Below are positions 36,084 through 44,811 of a stretch of 64,000 nucleotides of DNA, in pieces. How positions within the stretch are numbered: position 1 is the first letter of the stretch; every line of letters starts with the position of its first letter. The notes beneath the pieces are model-generated. The model saw only the letters and a list, made by a program, of their open reading frames with translations. It did not search any database and was not told where the DNA came from. The position numbers and the translations under genes were made by a program. The stretch comes from a virus (taxonomy: Duplodnaviria; Caudoviricetes), in the IMG/VR virus record IMGVR_UViG_3300047400_000090, positions 1-64,000 of that record. The stretch is one strand, 5' to 3'.

Positions 36084-36299
36084 CTAGCCTTTACGGATAG
36101 CAGCTATAGATTCGCTTGCCCAAACTACCCTAGGGTTATGCCTTGGGTGTTTCCGTTCCAGTGTCGCACGTTCTAACAGGCGTGCCTTGAATCGCTCGTT
36201 TTCCTCACTGGCGCACTGATAGCAGGGTATCATATCGGCGGTAACTCCTACCCGTTGACTGAGTAACGGGTTAAATGTTCGCTTGTGATTGCATGCCAT
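36084..36299 (-). CDS. hypothetical protein
   Basis: Operon position. Confidence 0.5.
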   Translation of the reverse strand: MACNHKRTFNPLLSQRVGVTADMIPCYQCASEENERFKARLLERATLERKHPRHNPRVVWASESIAAIRKG

Positions 36300-36302
36300 G
36301 GG

Positions 36303-36875
36303 TTAAGCCTCACTTTCGTCTGACTCAAAGGTTAGTACAATATCAAGATCGGCCTGTAACTCTGGAGTCAATAGGTCCAAAGAATCTCCGTTCAAATCCT
36401 TGGCATAGATACCATGCCCTAGCTTGTCGCTAGCGTTAGGACCATTAGGCCGAAACCCGTAAGACTCACAGAATAACTCGTTTTCCGTCCACGCGTCCGT
36501 GTCTGGAGTCTCGATTGTCTTCCATCGTAGAAACGTAGGCGCTAGCCTACCCTTAGGGTAGTCTTCAGGGTATCGCTCGAAACGTTCCCCTACTCCACAG
36601 TGTTCCGTAGCAGCCAGTACACTATCGTCAATCACAATTTTGACGTGTTCGCGCCGATAACCGTATTCCTTGCGTAATTCTTCGATTGTTTCGCTAGCTT
36701 CAGGCATGAATTCGTCTTCAGAGATGGAGTAGGCGTCTTCCCATGATTTGGCGCGAACTATCCCAAGAATCCCCATTGAATCCCGATGTACGAATATCTT
36801 CCCATCGTCATAGTCCCAGTCGTCATACACTGGTATCTCAAATCCGTTTCGTGTTGCCTTTAGTAATGCTCCCAT
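36303..36875 (-). CDS. acidic hypothetical protein
   Basis: Operon position. Confidence 0.6.
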   Translation of the reverse strand: MGALLKATRNGFEIPVYDDWDYDDGKIFVHRDSMGILGIVRAKSWEDAYSISEDEFMPEASETIEELRKEYGYRREHVKIVIDDSVLAATEHCGVGERFERYPEDYPKGRLAPTFLRWKTIETPDTDAWTENELFCESYGFRPNGPNASDKLGHGIYAKDLNGDSLDLLTPELQADLDIVLTFESDESEA

Positions 36876-36885
36876 TGCCCCCCCC

Positions 36886-37170
36886 CTAGTGGACTAGTCC
36901 CAACCAGTCGCCTTGTTCTGAGATATCGCCACACGCCAACCAAAGTACCGTTTCAGCTAGGCGCGTATCGCTGAAACCTGCTAATTCTTCAGGGGGCCAT
37001 GCTCCGTACTCTCTCAGAAACCCTATCGCCAATTGGCGCGGTACACTAAAGTCTAACTTAGTACGCCAAAACTCTACATCGGCGTCACATTGTCCGCTAT
37101 GGTGGCAATCCGCCACGCAATCCGCCGGTATTTCACCTTGTAACCATCCGTGTTTATCGAACCATTCCAT
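36886..37170 (-). CDS. acidic hypothetical protein
   Basis: CHHSGQCDADV, LREYGAW motifs. Confidence 0.6.
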   Translation of the reverse strand: MEWFDKHGWLQGEIPADCVADCHHSGQCDADVEFWRTKLDFSVPRQLAIGFLREYGAWPPEELAGFSDTRLAETVLWLACGDISEQGDWLGLVH

Positions 37171-37172
37171 GA

Positions 37173-37445
37173 TTAGTTATCCCCCTTCCAGACGTACAAG
37201 TGATAATGCGCTGTTCCCTTGGGTGGCCGATAGGTATTAGCTTGTACCACGTTGACGTATTGCATCTCGGAACGCGAACGCACCATAGCCTCTACTGCGT
37301 CAATATCTTCTGGCTTACATGCCCATCCGCATCGAGAGTACCCACCCGTAGCGCCGCCCCATCCGCTTAGGAATTTATCTCGCCCTACTACCGCCCAAGT
37401 ATGGGTTAGGAGTTGTTCCAGCGTCCGATCATCTTTGATAATCAT
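37173..37445 (-). CDS. hypothetical protein
   Basis: DKFLSGWG motif; operon position. Confidence 0.6.
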   Translation of the reverse strand: MIIKDDRTLEQLLTHTWAVVGRDKFLSGWGGATGGYSRCGWACKPEDIDAVEAMVRSRSEMQYVNVVQANTYRPPKGTAHYHLYVWKGDN

Positions 37446-37642
37446 GCCTCATTCTCCAATTCTTGACAATCGCAGTACTCCCCTACTTCTACCTCACATC
37501 CACACTCGAAACAAGGCACATACTTGACCCATTGCTCCCGTTCTTTGTCCCAAGTTTTACCGCTATTGGGACAGCCAGTCTCATGGCAAAAGACGCCTTG
37601 AATCATGGCCGCTTGGCAAGAATCGCACGCTCTGTTAGTCAT
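37442..37642 (-). CDS. Cys-rich protein (IQG..CHETGCPN)
   Basis: CDSC...CHETGCPN...CFECG. Confidence 0.6.
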   Translation of the reverse strand: MTNRACDSCQAAMIQGVFCHETGCPNSGKTWDKEREQWVKYVPCFECGCEVEVGEYCDCQELENEA

Positions 37643-37950
37643 ACTGCAAACTCCATTTCAGCGTCTAATTCCAGTGCCGATTGTTTCGCTTGTTCCAGCG
37701 TAGGGTACACGTCCCAGTCAGTACAGTCTAAGTACCCTGGTGCCGATAATCGCACGCCATAACCTTTGACTATTTCGTAGTTTTCAGGCTTCCCGGGATA
37801 GTACGCTCGCAAGTAATTAAACTGGGACTCATAATTCCAAATCAGGAAATTTCGGTCAATATCGACCATCGGCACGTTAAAAATCCCCTGATTGCCGTCT
37901 ATCGCTAGCCAACGTTGCTTTTCTGTTACTTGTGATTGCATGAATGACAT
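37639..37950 (-). CDS. hypothetical protein (RLSAPGYLDCTDW)
   Basis: Motif seen in phage early proteins. Confidence 0.6.
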   Translation of the reverse strand: MSFMQSQVTEKQRWLAIDGNQGIFNVPMVDIDRNFLIWNYESQFNYLRAYYPGKPENYEIVKGYGVRLSAPGYLDCTDWDVYPTLEQAKQSALELDAEMEFAV

Positions 37951-37961
37951 TGCCGTGTCTC

Positions 37962-38363
37962 CTATCGCGTTTTCCGCGTAACTGATTGATAAATCGACAG
38001 TTGTTCGTCTTCCGTGAACCCATACAAGTGGTAGCTGTAGCTTGTTTCGCTGCTATCGCTTGGGTTTCTCTTAGGGTACGCACAGTACCAGACACCAGGA
38101 TAGAAGAATGACGCCGATGGTTCAACGCCTTGACTTAACAGACACTCACGGGCGATATCGACCGAACTATCGTAATCGTCCTCAGTGCAATCATACCCGA
38201 TTAGGTTAGGGTCGAAGTCGAAGTCAGTTTTACCCGGTAACATCGGGTAGTGATTACCGCTAAAATCAGCATAGCCATGCTCGGACGGTTCTCCATGTTC
38301 CGCCGATTCAGGTGTTACTACCTGATACGTTCTCAAGATGTACTTAGTCATTGAACCCTCCAT
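37962..38363 (-). CDS. acidic hypothetical protein (VTPESAEHG)
   Basis: Operon position. Confidence 0.6.
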   Translation of the reverse strand: MEGSMTKYILRTYQVVTPESAEHGEPSEHGYADFSGNHYPMLPGKTDFDFDPNLIGYDCTEDDYDSSVDIARECLLSQGVEPSASFFYPGVWYCAYPKRNPSDSSETSYSYHLYGFTEDEQLSIYQSVTRKTR

Positions 38364-38372
38364 CCTACATAA

Positions 38373-38633
38373 CTACCCTCTGTAGTCTGTTTCAAACGTC
38401 CTGTAGTCTGTTTCAATCGTAACTAGCTTAGTTGATAACCTTGCCAGTCGCTCCGCTCTGTGGATATCTCCACGAGATACCGCTGATCCAAAGTCTACCG
38501 ACAAGATATCTCTCAGTAGAGCGATATCTTCATGGTCTAGAGTATTTCTATTACCGCATGCGTTTATAGCTGCTAGTATCTCACCAGGTGAGTACTCTAC
38601 TGCCATGTCTTCCATCACTTCAAGTAGTACCAT
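38373..38633 (-). CDS. hypothetical protein
   Basis: First gene after promoter 38773. Confidence 0.55.
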   Translation of the reverse strand: MVLLEVMEDMAVEYSPGEILAAINACGNRNTLDHEDIALLRDILSVDFGSAVSRGDIHRAERLARLSTKLVTIETDYRTFETDYRG

Positions 38634-38772
38634 CGAACTGTTCCTCCTACATAACTACCCTGTATCCCAAGGTACTTAGGTAGAACCATAGCACTTATAG
38701 CTATGTTTGGTCCTAGATCGTCCTATTTAGTCCAGATTGGCCCTCAGTTTTCGGCCAACATTGGCAATTCCA

Positions 38773-38801
38773 GTTATACAGCACTAGCAGGGGGATTGCA
38801 A
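38773..38801 (-). promoter_or_regulatory. sigma70-like promoter
   Basis: TTGCAA-17bp-TATAAC. Confidence 0.65.
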
Positions 38802-38808
38802 GCGGTTT

Positions 38809-38997
38809 TCACACCGGCAAACGTGAAGAATTAGGCCATGAAAGATAGCAAAAATCGTCCAAATCGGCCACGCGATACCCTGAAACGGTACGAATTGACC
38901 GGTATGCTTGGATCAATTCGCCAATATTCGCGTCTACCCGATCCCCCAAGGCGTCAAAACTCCGCGTTGAACACTCGCTAACAAAGTTAATCGTCAT
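38809..38997 (-). CDS. hypothetical protein
   Basis: ORF with GGGAG SD-like element upstream. Confidence 0.4.
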   Translation of the reverse strand: MTINFVSECSTRSFDALGDRVDANIGELIQAYRSIRTVSGYRVADLDDFCYLSWPNSSRLPV

Positions 38998-39311
38998 TTT
39001 CCCATCTCCCTATCTTGTTGAAAACAAAGAACCAAAATGCCCTTTTCTCGTTTTAGGCAAATTGCAAGTACTAACAGGACGGCTAGCGGTAGAGTCTAAC
39101 GTATTCCTCAGTGATATTGCAGTTCGATAAGACGATCCATTGGGACACTTTGCCCTAGGCTATCGCTTATATCTGGGGCCCACAAGGTATCCTTACTGCT
39201 ACCGCGTCGCCGTGCCTTACTTACACTCCCATCATGCCCTAGATACGTTCCAGTGTCAAGTGGTTTTACATACGTCTATATATCTCATGTATTTTCTGCA
39301 TCTTGTGCGTC

Positions 39312-39648
39312 TTATGTACCTGCTATCTCTTATGTACTTACATGTCTTTATGTATCGACATAATGGCGCAACTGAAGGGCCAAAGTTAGGCGGAGAGGGT
39401 ATGGTGGCTTCAGTGGTGGTGGGGTGGAGAGGGCAAGCCCCAACATGCGTAGAAAAATAAAAATTAAAAAATCATGCAGAATCAACAACTTACTCGGCCT
39501 ACCTGACAAATCAGTAAAACCATAAAGCACATAAAGAAATATGTTTACATAAAGCACATAATTGGCATGAGAACCAGTAAGGTATACAAATAGGATTATG
39601 CACTTATGTAAGATGCAGTAAGTTATGTAAGTTATTTGAAAGACATAA
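39312..39648. repeat. cluster of ten TTATGT/ACATAA hexamers, often 18-19 bp apart
   Basis: Copies at 39312, 39330, 39348, 39358, 39529, 39547, 39556, 39604, 39623, 39643. Confidence 0.75.
39480..39492 (+). promoter_or_regulatory. IHF consensus site
   Basis: AATCAACAACTTA matches WATCAANNNNTTR, with an upstream A-tract. Confidence 0.6.
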
Positions 39649-39881
39649 AGACAATAAAGAACATAGAGGCTAGTGGTAGGGATTGGAGGAGTAGGGAGAT
39701 AGTTTATTGGGCAGTAGGGGTTATGGTCTATATGGGGGATAAGTAGCCATGGGTGATAGCGGCGAGGGCGGCAAAATCCACGGAAGTTAGCGGCGGTTGA
39801 CGAGGTTTCTATCCCTTATAGGCTACGGTCTATGGGATGGGTACGGAGCTATCGGTTCTGGTCTATTAGAGGCGGCCCAGG

Positions 39882-39910
39882 TTGATAAAAAGATGGACTG
39901 GTGGTACACT
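39882..39910 (+). promoter_or_regulatory. sigma70-like promoter, probably leaderless transcript
   Basis: TTGATA-17bp-TACACT, ATG 7 nt downstream. Confidence 0.6.
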
Positions 39911-39917
39911 GTGCTAG

Positions 39918-40319
39918 ATGACCGACTTAACCAAGACTGACCTATCAATGACTTCTTCTGACTTGGAGTACTGCTTACGGGAATGGCAGAAGGTATTACG
40001 GTTGCAGGATTGGGATATCAAGGCCGAGATGTGTAATGCGGCGCGACTTCCAGGGAAACTCGGCTCCTGTAGTGTATCTTTCTCGAAGAAGGCAGCTAAG
40101 ATACTTATTCTTGATAGAGTTAGCCATGATGCCACACTGGATACTGACTGGCCTTATGACCCTGAGTTGACGTTGGTACATGAGCTACTGCACTGTCATG
40201 CTGGGTTTATGGATGGCCGTACGGACTATTCTGAGACATTTGAGGAGCACATGGTAGAGTCAATAGCTACTGGATTGGTTGGCCTGCGGCGGTTTTTGCC
40301 CAGTGCGCCGTCCTTCTAA
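39918..40319 (+). CDS. HEXXH metallopeptidase-like protein
   Basis: LVHELLH; paralog of 47812..48276. Confidence 0.65.
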   Translation: MTDLTKTDLSMTSSDLEYCLREWQKVLRLQDWDIKAEMCNAARLPGKLGSCSVSFSKKAAKILILDRVSHDATLDTDWPYDPELTLVHELLHCHAGFMDGRTDYSETFEEHMVESIATGLVGLRRFLPSAPSF

Positions 40320-41044
40320 AATCTTTGAATGGCTAGATTTCCGTGGAAGTCTTCTATAATGAATGACATAGACTCAACCATATCACCACAATTTAGGTAG
40401 GTTATGCCATTGATAACGGAGTGTTCTGGGGTATGGATATGCCCACAGATAACGCCATTACACCCAGCGGCCTTTGCGGCCATAGCCAAGGTAGTCTCAA
40501 ATGAGCTAATAAACGAGGTAGCCGCCTTAGTCTTCTTCTTAAGGGCTGCGGCTAGGGAGAAGTGGGAAGAAATTCCCAGGAGTCGCCGGACTGCGTTTAT
40601 TGGCCCATTGATCCAGAGTAGCAGGTCGTAGATCCATGCCCCAAGGACTGCCAGCCACTTAATTTTTGAGACAATGGAATCGAACTGGTCGCCGTGGATA
40701 ACTAGGTATTTCTCTCCCTTGGCTGAGACATGAATGGCTCTGTCTATAATGGTTATATTCCCGAAGTCAATGGGACTGACGGTTCTAAGGAAGTCATCAT
40801 GGTTCCCTGGTAAGTAGACTACCTTGGTGCCATTATGGGCTAACTTAAGTAGGCGGCGGATGACCTGATTTGCGGGTTCTGGCCAGTGAGGAGATGACTT
40901 CATGGCCCAAAGATCGATTATATCTCCAACTAAGTAAATGAAATCAAACGAGTTATCTTTTAGTAGGCGAAGTACTTTGTCTGGGTTTGAGCCATTAAAG
41001 CTTAGGTGGATATCGCTAATAAAGAGGGAACGGTAGTGTGGCAC
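40316..41044 (-). CDS. calcineurin-like metallophosphoesterase, LpxH/UDP-2,3-diacylglucosamine hydrolase-like
   Basis: SDIHL, GDIID, GNHD, HGD, CGHIH, NCGD..ES. Confidence 0.85.
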   Translation of the reverse strand: MPHYRSLFISDIHLSFNGSNPDKVLRLLKDNSFDFIYLVGDIIDLWAMKSSPHWPEPANQVIRRLLKLAHNGTKVVYLPGNHDDFLRTVSPIDFGNITIIDRAIHVSAKGEKYLVIHGDQFDSIVSKIKWLAVLGAWIYDLLLWINGPINAVRRLLGISSHFSLAAALKKKTKAATSFISSFETTLAMAAKAAGCNGVICGHIHTPEHSVINGITYLNCGDMVESMSFIIEDFHGNLAIQRF

Positions 41045-41088
41045 TACTCTTAGGGTAGCAGGAGAATGTTTAGGTGGAGTTACTGTGA

Positions 41089-41112
41089 AATTAGTCCAGT
41101 ACTGGAGTAATT
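41089..41112. promoter_or_regulatory. dispersed palindrome copy
   Basis: AATTAGTCCAG-TA-CTGGAGTAATT, intergenic. Confidence 0.8.
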
Positions 41113-41130
41113 ATTCAGTAGTGAATAAAA

Positions 41131-43038
41131 CTATTTTGACTGTCCCCAAAGTTTGTCATATAGCTTATCTCTTGCTTCCTTGTAATTTTGATTGGTTTTA
41201 TCGCCACCACCTAGGAAGTTTTTCAGCAGGCTCTGGAAGTGTCCAAGTTGAACGTGATCGCCGTCAAGTTGGGCAGGATTAGCTATCATGTCGGAGATGA
41301 ACTGATGTACTTTCCCGCTTAGTAGTTGGTTTACTTTTTTACCTTCTGATGCAGAAATTGCAGACAGTGGCCAGAGGTTATTTCCAACCTGAGATCCATA
41401 CCCGGAACCTTCTGGATGAAGACCAATGATGGCTCCGTTGTCTAGCATTTCCTGTGTTGGCTTTAATCCAACCCATGATCCAGATTGAGTAGTTGGTCCA
41501 GTAGAAGGAATCGGCTGTTCCTCCCATCCACCGCTGAGGTTGCCTGGTTCTTGTGCCGACTTCTTGGCAGAACTCCTTATTTCTCCTAAGTTTGGCCGCT
41601 CCTTAGGCATGCCTGGGGTGAAGTTTTCTGGCTGTAATCTCGGCAATTGGCGCAAGAACTCTGGGTCGAGCTTGCTGCGGATGGCCTGGGCCATGTTTTC
41701 CAGGGTTGGCTCAAAACTGGACGAGTAGGGATCCTTTGACTTAAAAATTGGCTTCCCATAGACAGCCTTATTGAACACCTCGGCGGCCTGACCTGGGTCT
41801 ATCTTGAAATAACTTGCTATTGGTCCGCCGTCCATGGCGTAATAGTCAACAGGACCGCTGAATCTTCCGTCCCTAATGGCGTCCGGCAGTCCATTTACAA
41901 AAGTTCTTAGCCTATCCTGGTCACTAATTGCCTTAGCCATGCCGTTAGAGTTAAGTACTACTGAAGGCAGATCCGCTGGCTTAACTCTATCGGCCAGGAA
42001 GGGATCAAACATCTTACTACCTTGACGAACCCTATCGGTAATCATGTCGTGGAGCGACATTGACCTCTCAACTGGAATATCTAATCCGTTTTGAATGAAC
42101 GACTTAACGTGATCGAAGGTGATTGGATTATCCATCCACTTCTCAGCTTCTGATGTAAGTAGGTCTTTAGTCCAGGCGGCTAGTGGAGACTTTCCGATAT
42201 CTTCCCTGAGCACCTTGGCGGCATCGATCATCTGCGGAGTACCGAACGCAGCTTCTACGTGGGGTTGATTTAAGACTACCTTCTGTAGGGTATTGGGGTT
42301 AAGCTGTACTGGATTCTTGGTCTGATACTCAAACTCAAAGTCTGGGTTCATTTTTGCAAGATACGCAGGCGTATCGAAGCCAGTGCGCTGCGTCTTCCCG
42401 TACCCTGGATAGACAAACGGTTCCCCACCCGCCTCGGTAATAGCCGACGTCGGTAAGACTAGGCTAACATCGGTCCCAGTAGCCGAAGCCTTGGGGTTAA
42501 TTGCCCCTACCCTAGAAACTGAGACCGGCCCCTTGAGCCTCATCCCACGGACAATCCCCTCTAGGTTAGGTAGCTTTGTAGCGTGGTAGACCGTATCACG
42601 GGCATTAATTAGCTGGTTCAAGACCTCAGGAGATAGCTTATCCTTGGCTATCTGGCTCATGGCCCTTAGGACGTCATAACTCGGGAATCTACGCTCTGCT
42701 CCACCCTCTAGAACCTCTCCGGTAGGCGCTTCCTTGGTCAAAAGAGAGGCCAGGGAGGTAGCGGTACCCCATCCTGGGCTGGCCGACATTGCCATACCGG
42801 CCTGAATCCCATTAATTACGTCCTGTAACCCAGGAACCGGTGCCGGAGTAGCTACTTCGTTCTTCTGGGACTGTAGTCCCTGGGGTTGGTTCTTGCGGTT
42901 GACCACGACAGGAGGCGTGGCTGCTGCGGTACGTTGCGGTGATTGGGTTACTTGGGAGAGATAGGACTTATATTCCCCGTTGGGGTCCAGATAGAAGGCT
43001 AGAGGAGGGCCTTGCGGTTGTGGAGGATAACTAGCCAT
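41131..43038 (-). CDS. large protein, Pro/Gln-rich N-terminus and ADP-ribosyltransferase-like motif
   Basis: VYHATKLPNLEGIVRG resembles the YHxTxxxNLxxIxxG strand-1 motif of H-Y-E/DarT-type ARTs. Confidence 0.5.
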   Translation of the reverse strand: MASYPPQPQGPPLAFYLDPNGEYKSYLSQVTQSPQRTAAATPPVVVNRKNQPQGLQSQKNEVATPAPVPGLQDVINGIQAGMAMSASPGWGTATSLASLLTKEAPTGEVLEGGAERRFPSYDVLRAMSQIAKDKLSPEVLNQLINARDTVYHATKLPNLEGIVRGMRLKGPVSVSRVGAINPKASATGTDVSLVLPTSAITEAGGEPFVYPGYGKTQRTGFDTPAYLAKMNPDFEFEYQTKNPVQLNPNTLQKVVLNQPHVEAAFGTPQMIDAAKVLREDIGKSPLAAWTKDLLTSEAEKWMDNPITFDHVKSFIQNGLDIPVERSMSLHDMITDRVRQGSKMFDPFLADRVKPADLPSVVLNSNGMAKAISDQDRLRTFVNGLPDAIRDGRFSGPVDYYAMDGGPIASYFKIDPGQAAEVFNKAVYGKPIFKSKDPYSSSFEPTLENMAQAIRSKLDPEFLRQLPRLQPENFTPGMPKERPNLGEIRSSAKKSAQEPGNLSGGWEEQPIPSTGPTTQSGSWVGLKPTQEMLDNGAIIGLHPEGSGYGSQVGNNLWPLSAISASEGKKVNQLLSGKVHQFISDMIANPAQLDGDHVQLGHFQSLLKNFLGGGDKTNQNYKEARDKLYDKLWGQSK

Positions 43039-43075
43039 CTACCTCTATTATAAGGATTTAGTGGCTCAAGCCTAA

Positions 43076-43243
43076 CTAAATTGTGGGTCGGTAGTAGAAG
43101 CGCCGCCTATCCCCGAACTCGCGGAACATGTGGGTGATGATGCGGTTGTTAAATCTGCACCTCATTTCAAACGACCAGTGGAACATTGGATTCTTGCTTG
43201 ATATCATTCTTCCCATGGTTAGTCCAGAAATCCAAGTCTTCAT
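43076..43243 (-). CDS. array-5 short ORF (MKTWISGLTM)
   Basis: Manual translation, 55 aa; ATGA overlap. Confidence 0.55.
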   Translation of the reverse strand: MKTWISGLTMGRMISSKNPMFHWSFEMRCRFNNRIITHMFREFGDRRRFYYRPTI

Positions 43244-43476
43244 GTGTACAGTTCCGGCATCTTGACTGGAGCTTTAATGATCGACCTTGCAGGAAGTGGA
43301 CTAAACGTATCACTTGCAACTATGTAGCAACGATGCTTACCGGGCTCCCGGCACTGCCTACTTAGGGTAGATTCTAGTGTTCTAGATCCGTCAACTGACT
43401 CCGTTATGGCGAAGATGCTACAGCCATTAAAGATGAACTGAGATGGTATGTTTAGGCTTCTTATCCATGGTTTCAT
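43240..43476 (-). CDS. array-5 short ORF (MKPWIRSL)
   Basis: ATGA overlap. Confidence 0.6.
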   Translation of the reverse strand: MKPWIRSLNIPSQFIFNGCSIFAITESVDGSRTLESTLSRQCREPGKHRCYIVASDTFSPLPARSIIKAPVKMPELYT

Positions 43477-43697
43477 TTTGTGTACATCCTAACTCTCCCC
43501 ATAAATCCAATTCCGTCTCTGGAGTAGACATCAAAGCAATGAAGCATTGAGGCATACACTACTCGCCTATAGTGACCACCCATGGTTCTTCCTCCGGTTG
43601 TACAGCACCACGGATCACGACTTCTCATTGGGCCGTTCTTGATATTTACATATGGCTGGTAGTGGACGTAACTAATTGATGATATCCAGGGCTTCAT
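43473..43697 (-). CDS. array-5 short ORF (MKPWISSISY...GRVRMYTK)
   Basis: One of three tandem paralogs. Confidence 0.7.
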   Translation of the reverse strand: MKPWISSISYVHYQPYVNIKNGPMRSRDPWCCTTGGRTMGGHYRRVVYASMLHCFDVYSRDGIGFMGRVRMYTK

Positions 43698-43936
43698 TTT
43701 GTGTACATCCTGACCCTACCGATAAATCCAGGGCCGTTTTTACAGTAGACATCTAGTAGTCCGCAGTTCTCAAATCCATGACGCATTGAGGCAAACACTA
43801 CGTTCCTCTTTGATCCTCCAATGGTTATTCCTCCTGATTTCCCGCACCACGGATCTCTACTAATCATTACCCTGTTCCTAATTTTAAAGTATGGCTCGTA
43901 GTGGTTGTAGCTAATTGTAGACAGATATGGCTTCAT
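43694..43936 (-). CDS. array-5 short ORF (MKPYLSTISY...GRVRMYTK)
   Basis: Tandem paralog. Confidence 0.7.
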   Translation of the reverse strand: MKPYLSTISYNHYEPYFKIRNRVMISRDPWCGKSGGITIGGSKRNVVFASMRHGFENCGLLDVYCKNGPGFIGRVRMYTK

Positions 43937-44154
43937 TTTGTGTACATCCTGACTCTACCGACAAAGCAGTGTGGGTCTTTTAGTGGATCCATAACCAATG
44001 GAAACAGCGATGCATAAACTAAGTACCTCCCGGATCCTGTCCACGTTTTACCTCCAGACTTGGTAATGTACGGCATTATGTTCTTCATTGGCCCATCTCT
44101 GTTTGACAGGTGCCTATAGTTAACGTAGGTAATTGTCGATATCCAGGGTTTCAT
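43933..44154 (-). CDS. array-5 short ORF (MKPWISTITY...GRVRMYTK)
   Basis: Tandem paralog. Confidence 0.7.
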   Translation of the reverse strand: MKPWISTITYVNYRHLSNRDGPMKNIMPYITKSGGKTWTGSGRYLVYASLFPLVMDPLKDPHCFVGRVRMYTK

Positions 44155-44387
44155 TTTGATCTGTTATAGGTCCTTATAAATGTCTGCCTGGATGATCCGT
44201 CTTTTGATCTATCCAAGACTCGAATCACTGCCGAGGCGCAGGTCGCAACTACTCCATTAGCTGACTTAGCAGGACTTGACTTAAAGATATAATGCCTCTC
44301 GTTGCCGATTGGATAACACGCCAGACATTGGTATACCGCCAAGGAGTTAATGTAGTGCGGGAGTGTCCAGCAGTAGTAGTGTTTCAT
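44151..44387 (-). CDS. array-5 short ORF (MKHYYCWTLP)
   Basis: ATGA overlap. Confidence 0.6.
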   Translation of the reverse strand: MKHYYCWTLPHYINSLAVYQCLACYPIGNERHYIFKSSPAKSANGVVATCASAVIRVLDRSKDGSSRQTFIRTYNRSK

Positions 44388-44584
44388 CGGTTCCTCATAA
44401 TAACGCCTCTACGGTGACATGGTAATGCGCTCCAGCAAGAGGCGTAGCAGGCGAAAAAATAATCGCTCATTGATATCAGGTCAACTGTGTAATTGGCTCC
44501 ATTTTGGTTTCCGATTTTAGACCAATGAAAATGTGTGGATATATTGCATGCGTCCCTGGTCGTCCAGCAGTAGTAGTGTTTCAT
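44384..44584 (-). CDS. array-5 short ORF (MKHYYCWTTRDA)
   Basis: TTRD...CYAS...GxxxR subfamily. Confidence 0.65.
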   Translation of the reverse strand: MKHYYCWTTRDACNISTHFHWSKIGNQNGANYTVDLISMSDYFFACYASCWSALPCHRRGVIMRNR

Positions 44585-44811
44585 CGGTTTCTGAGTAGCA
44601 TCCCTCCCTTAGTGTGATACGGATGGGTGTAGCCTGAAGCGTAGCATGAACAAATGGTACCGGCGGAGGTTGACAAAGTATCAATGTGGGTATCTACTCC
44701 ATGGATTTTGCCGACCTTTGTAAACATGTCGTACACCACGGAGAGCCTCCCCTCTATGGCTTGGGAAATAATTGCGTCCCTGGTAGTCCAGCAGTAGAGA
44801 AAGTTCTTCAT
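44581..44811 (-). CDS. array-5 short ORF (MKNFLYCWTTRDA)
   Basis: Internal ATG with ATGA overlap; TTRD subfamily. Confidence 0.65.
   Translation of the reverse strand: MKNFLYCWTTRDAIISQAIEGRLSVVYDMFTKVGKIHGVDTHIDTLSTSAGTICSCYASGYTHPYHTKGGMLLRNR

Noticed and set aside
38365-38661. 15-bp direct repeat CTACATAACTACCCT (38365, 38647) and CTGTAGTCTGTTTCAA duplication
   Set aside because: Only two copies each, near ribosome-binding regions; likely a local duplication of no clear meaning
1103-38900. Plus-strand ORFs in the minus-strand arm (e.g. 2311..2925, 6488..7045, 17648..18229, 26813..27208)
   Set aside because: Antisense shadows of well-supported genes with no motifs of their own
39140-39557. 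ORFs 39140..39460 and 39348..39557
   Set aside because: Low-complexity translations of the hexamer repeat zone with no start context
43473-44154. Diversity-generating retroelement TR/VR pair
   Set aside because: Differences are not adenine-specific and include indels; no reverse transcriptase in the window
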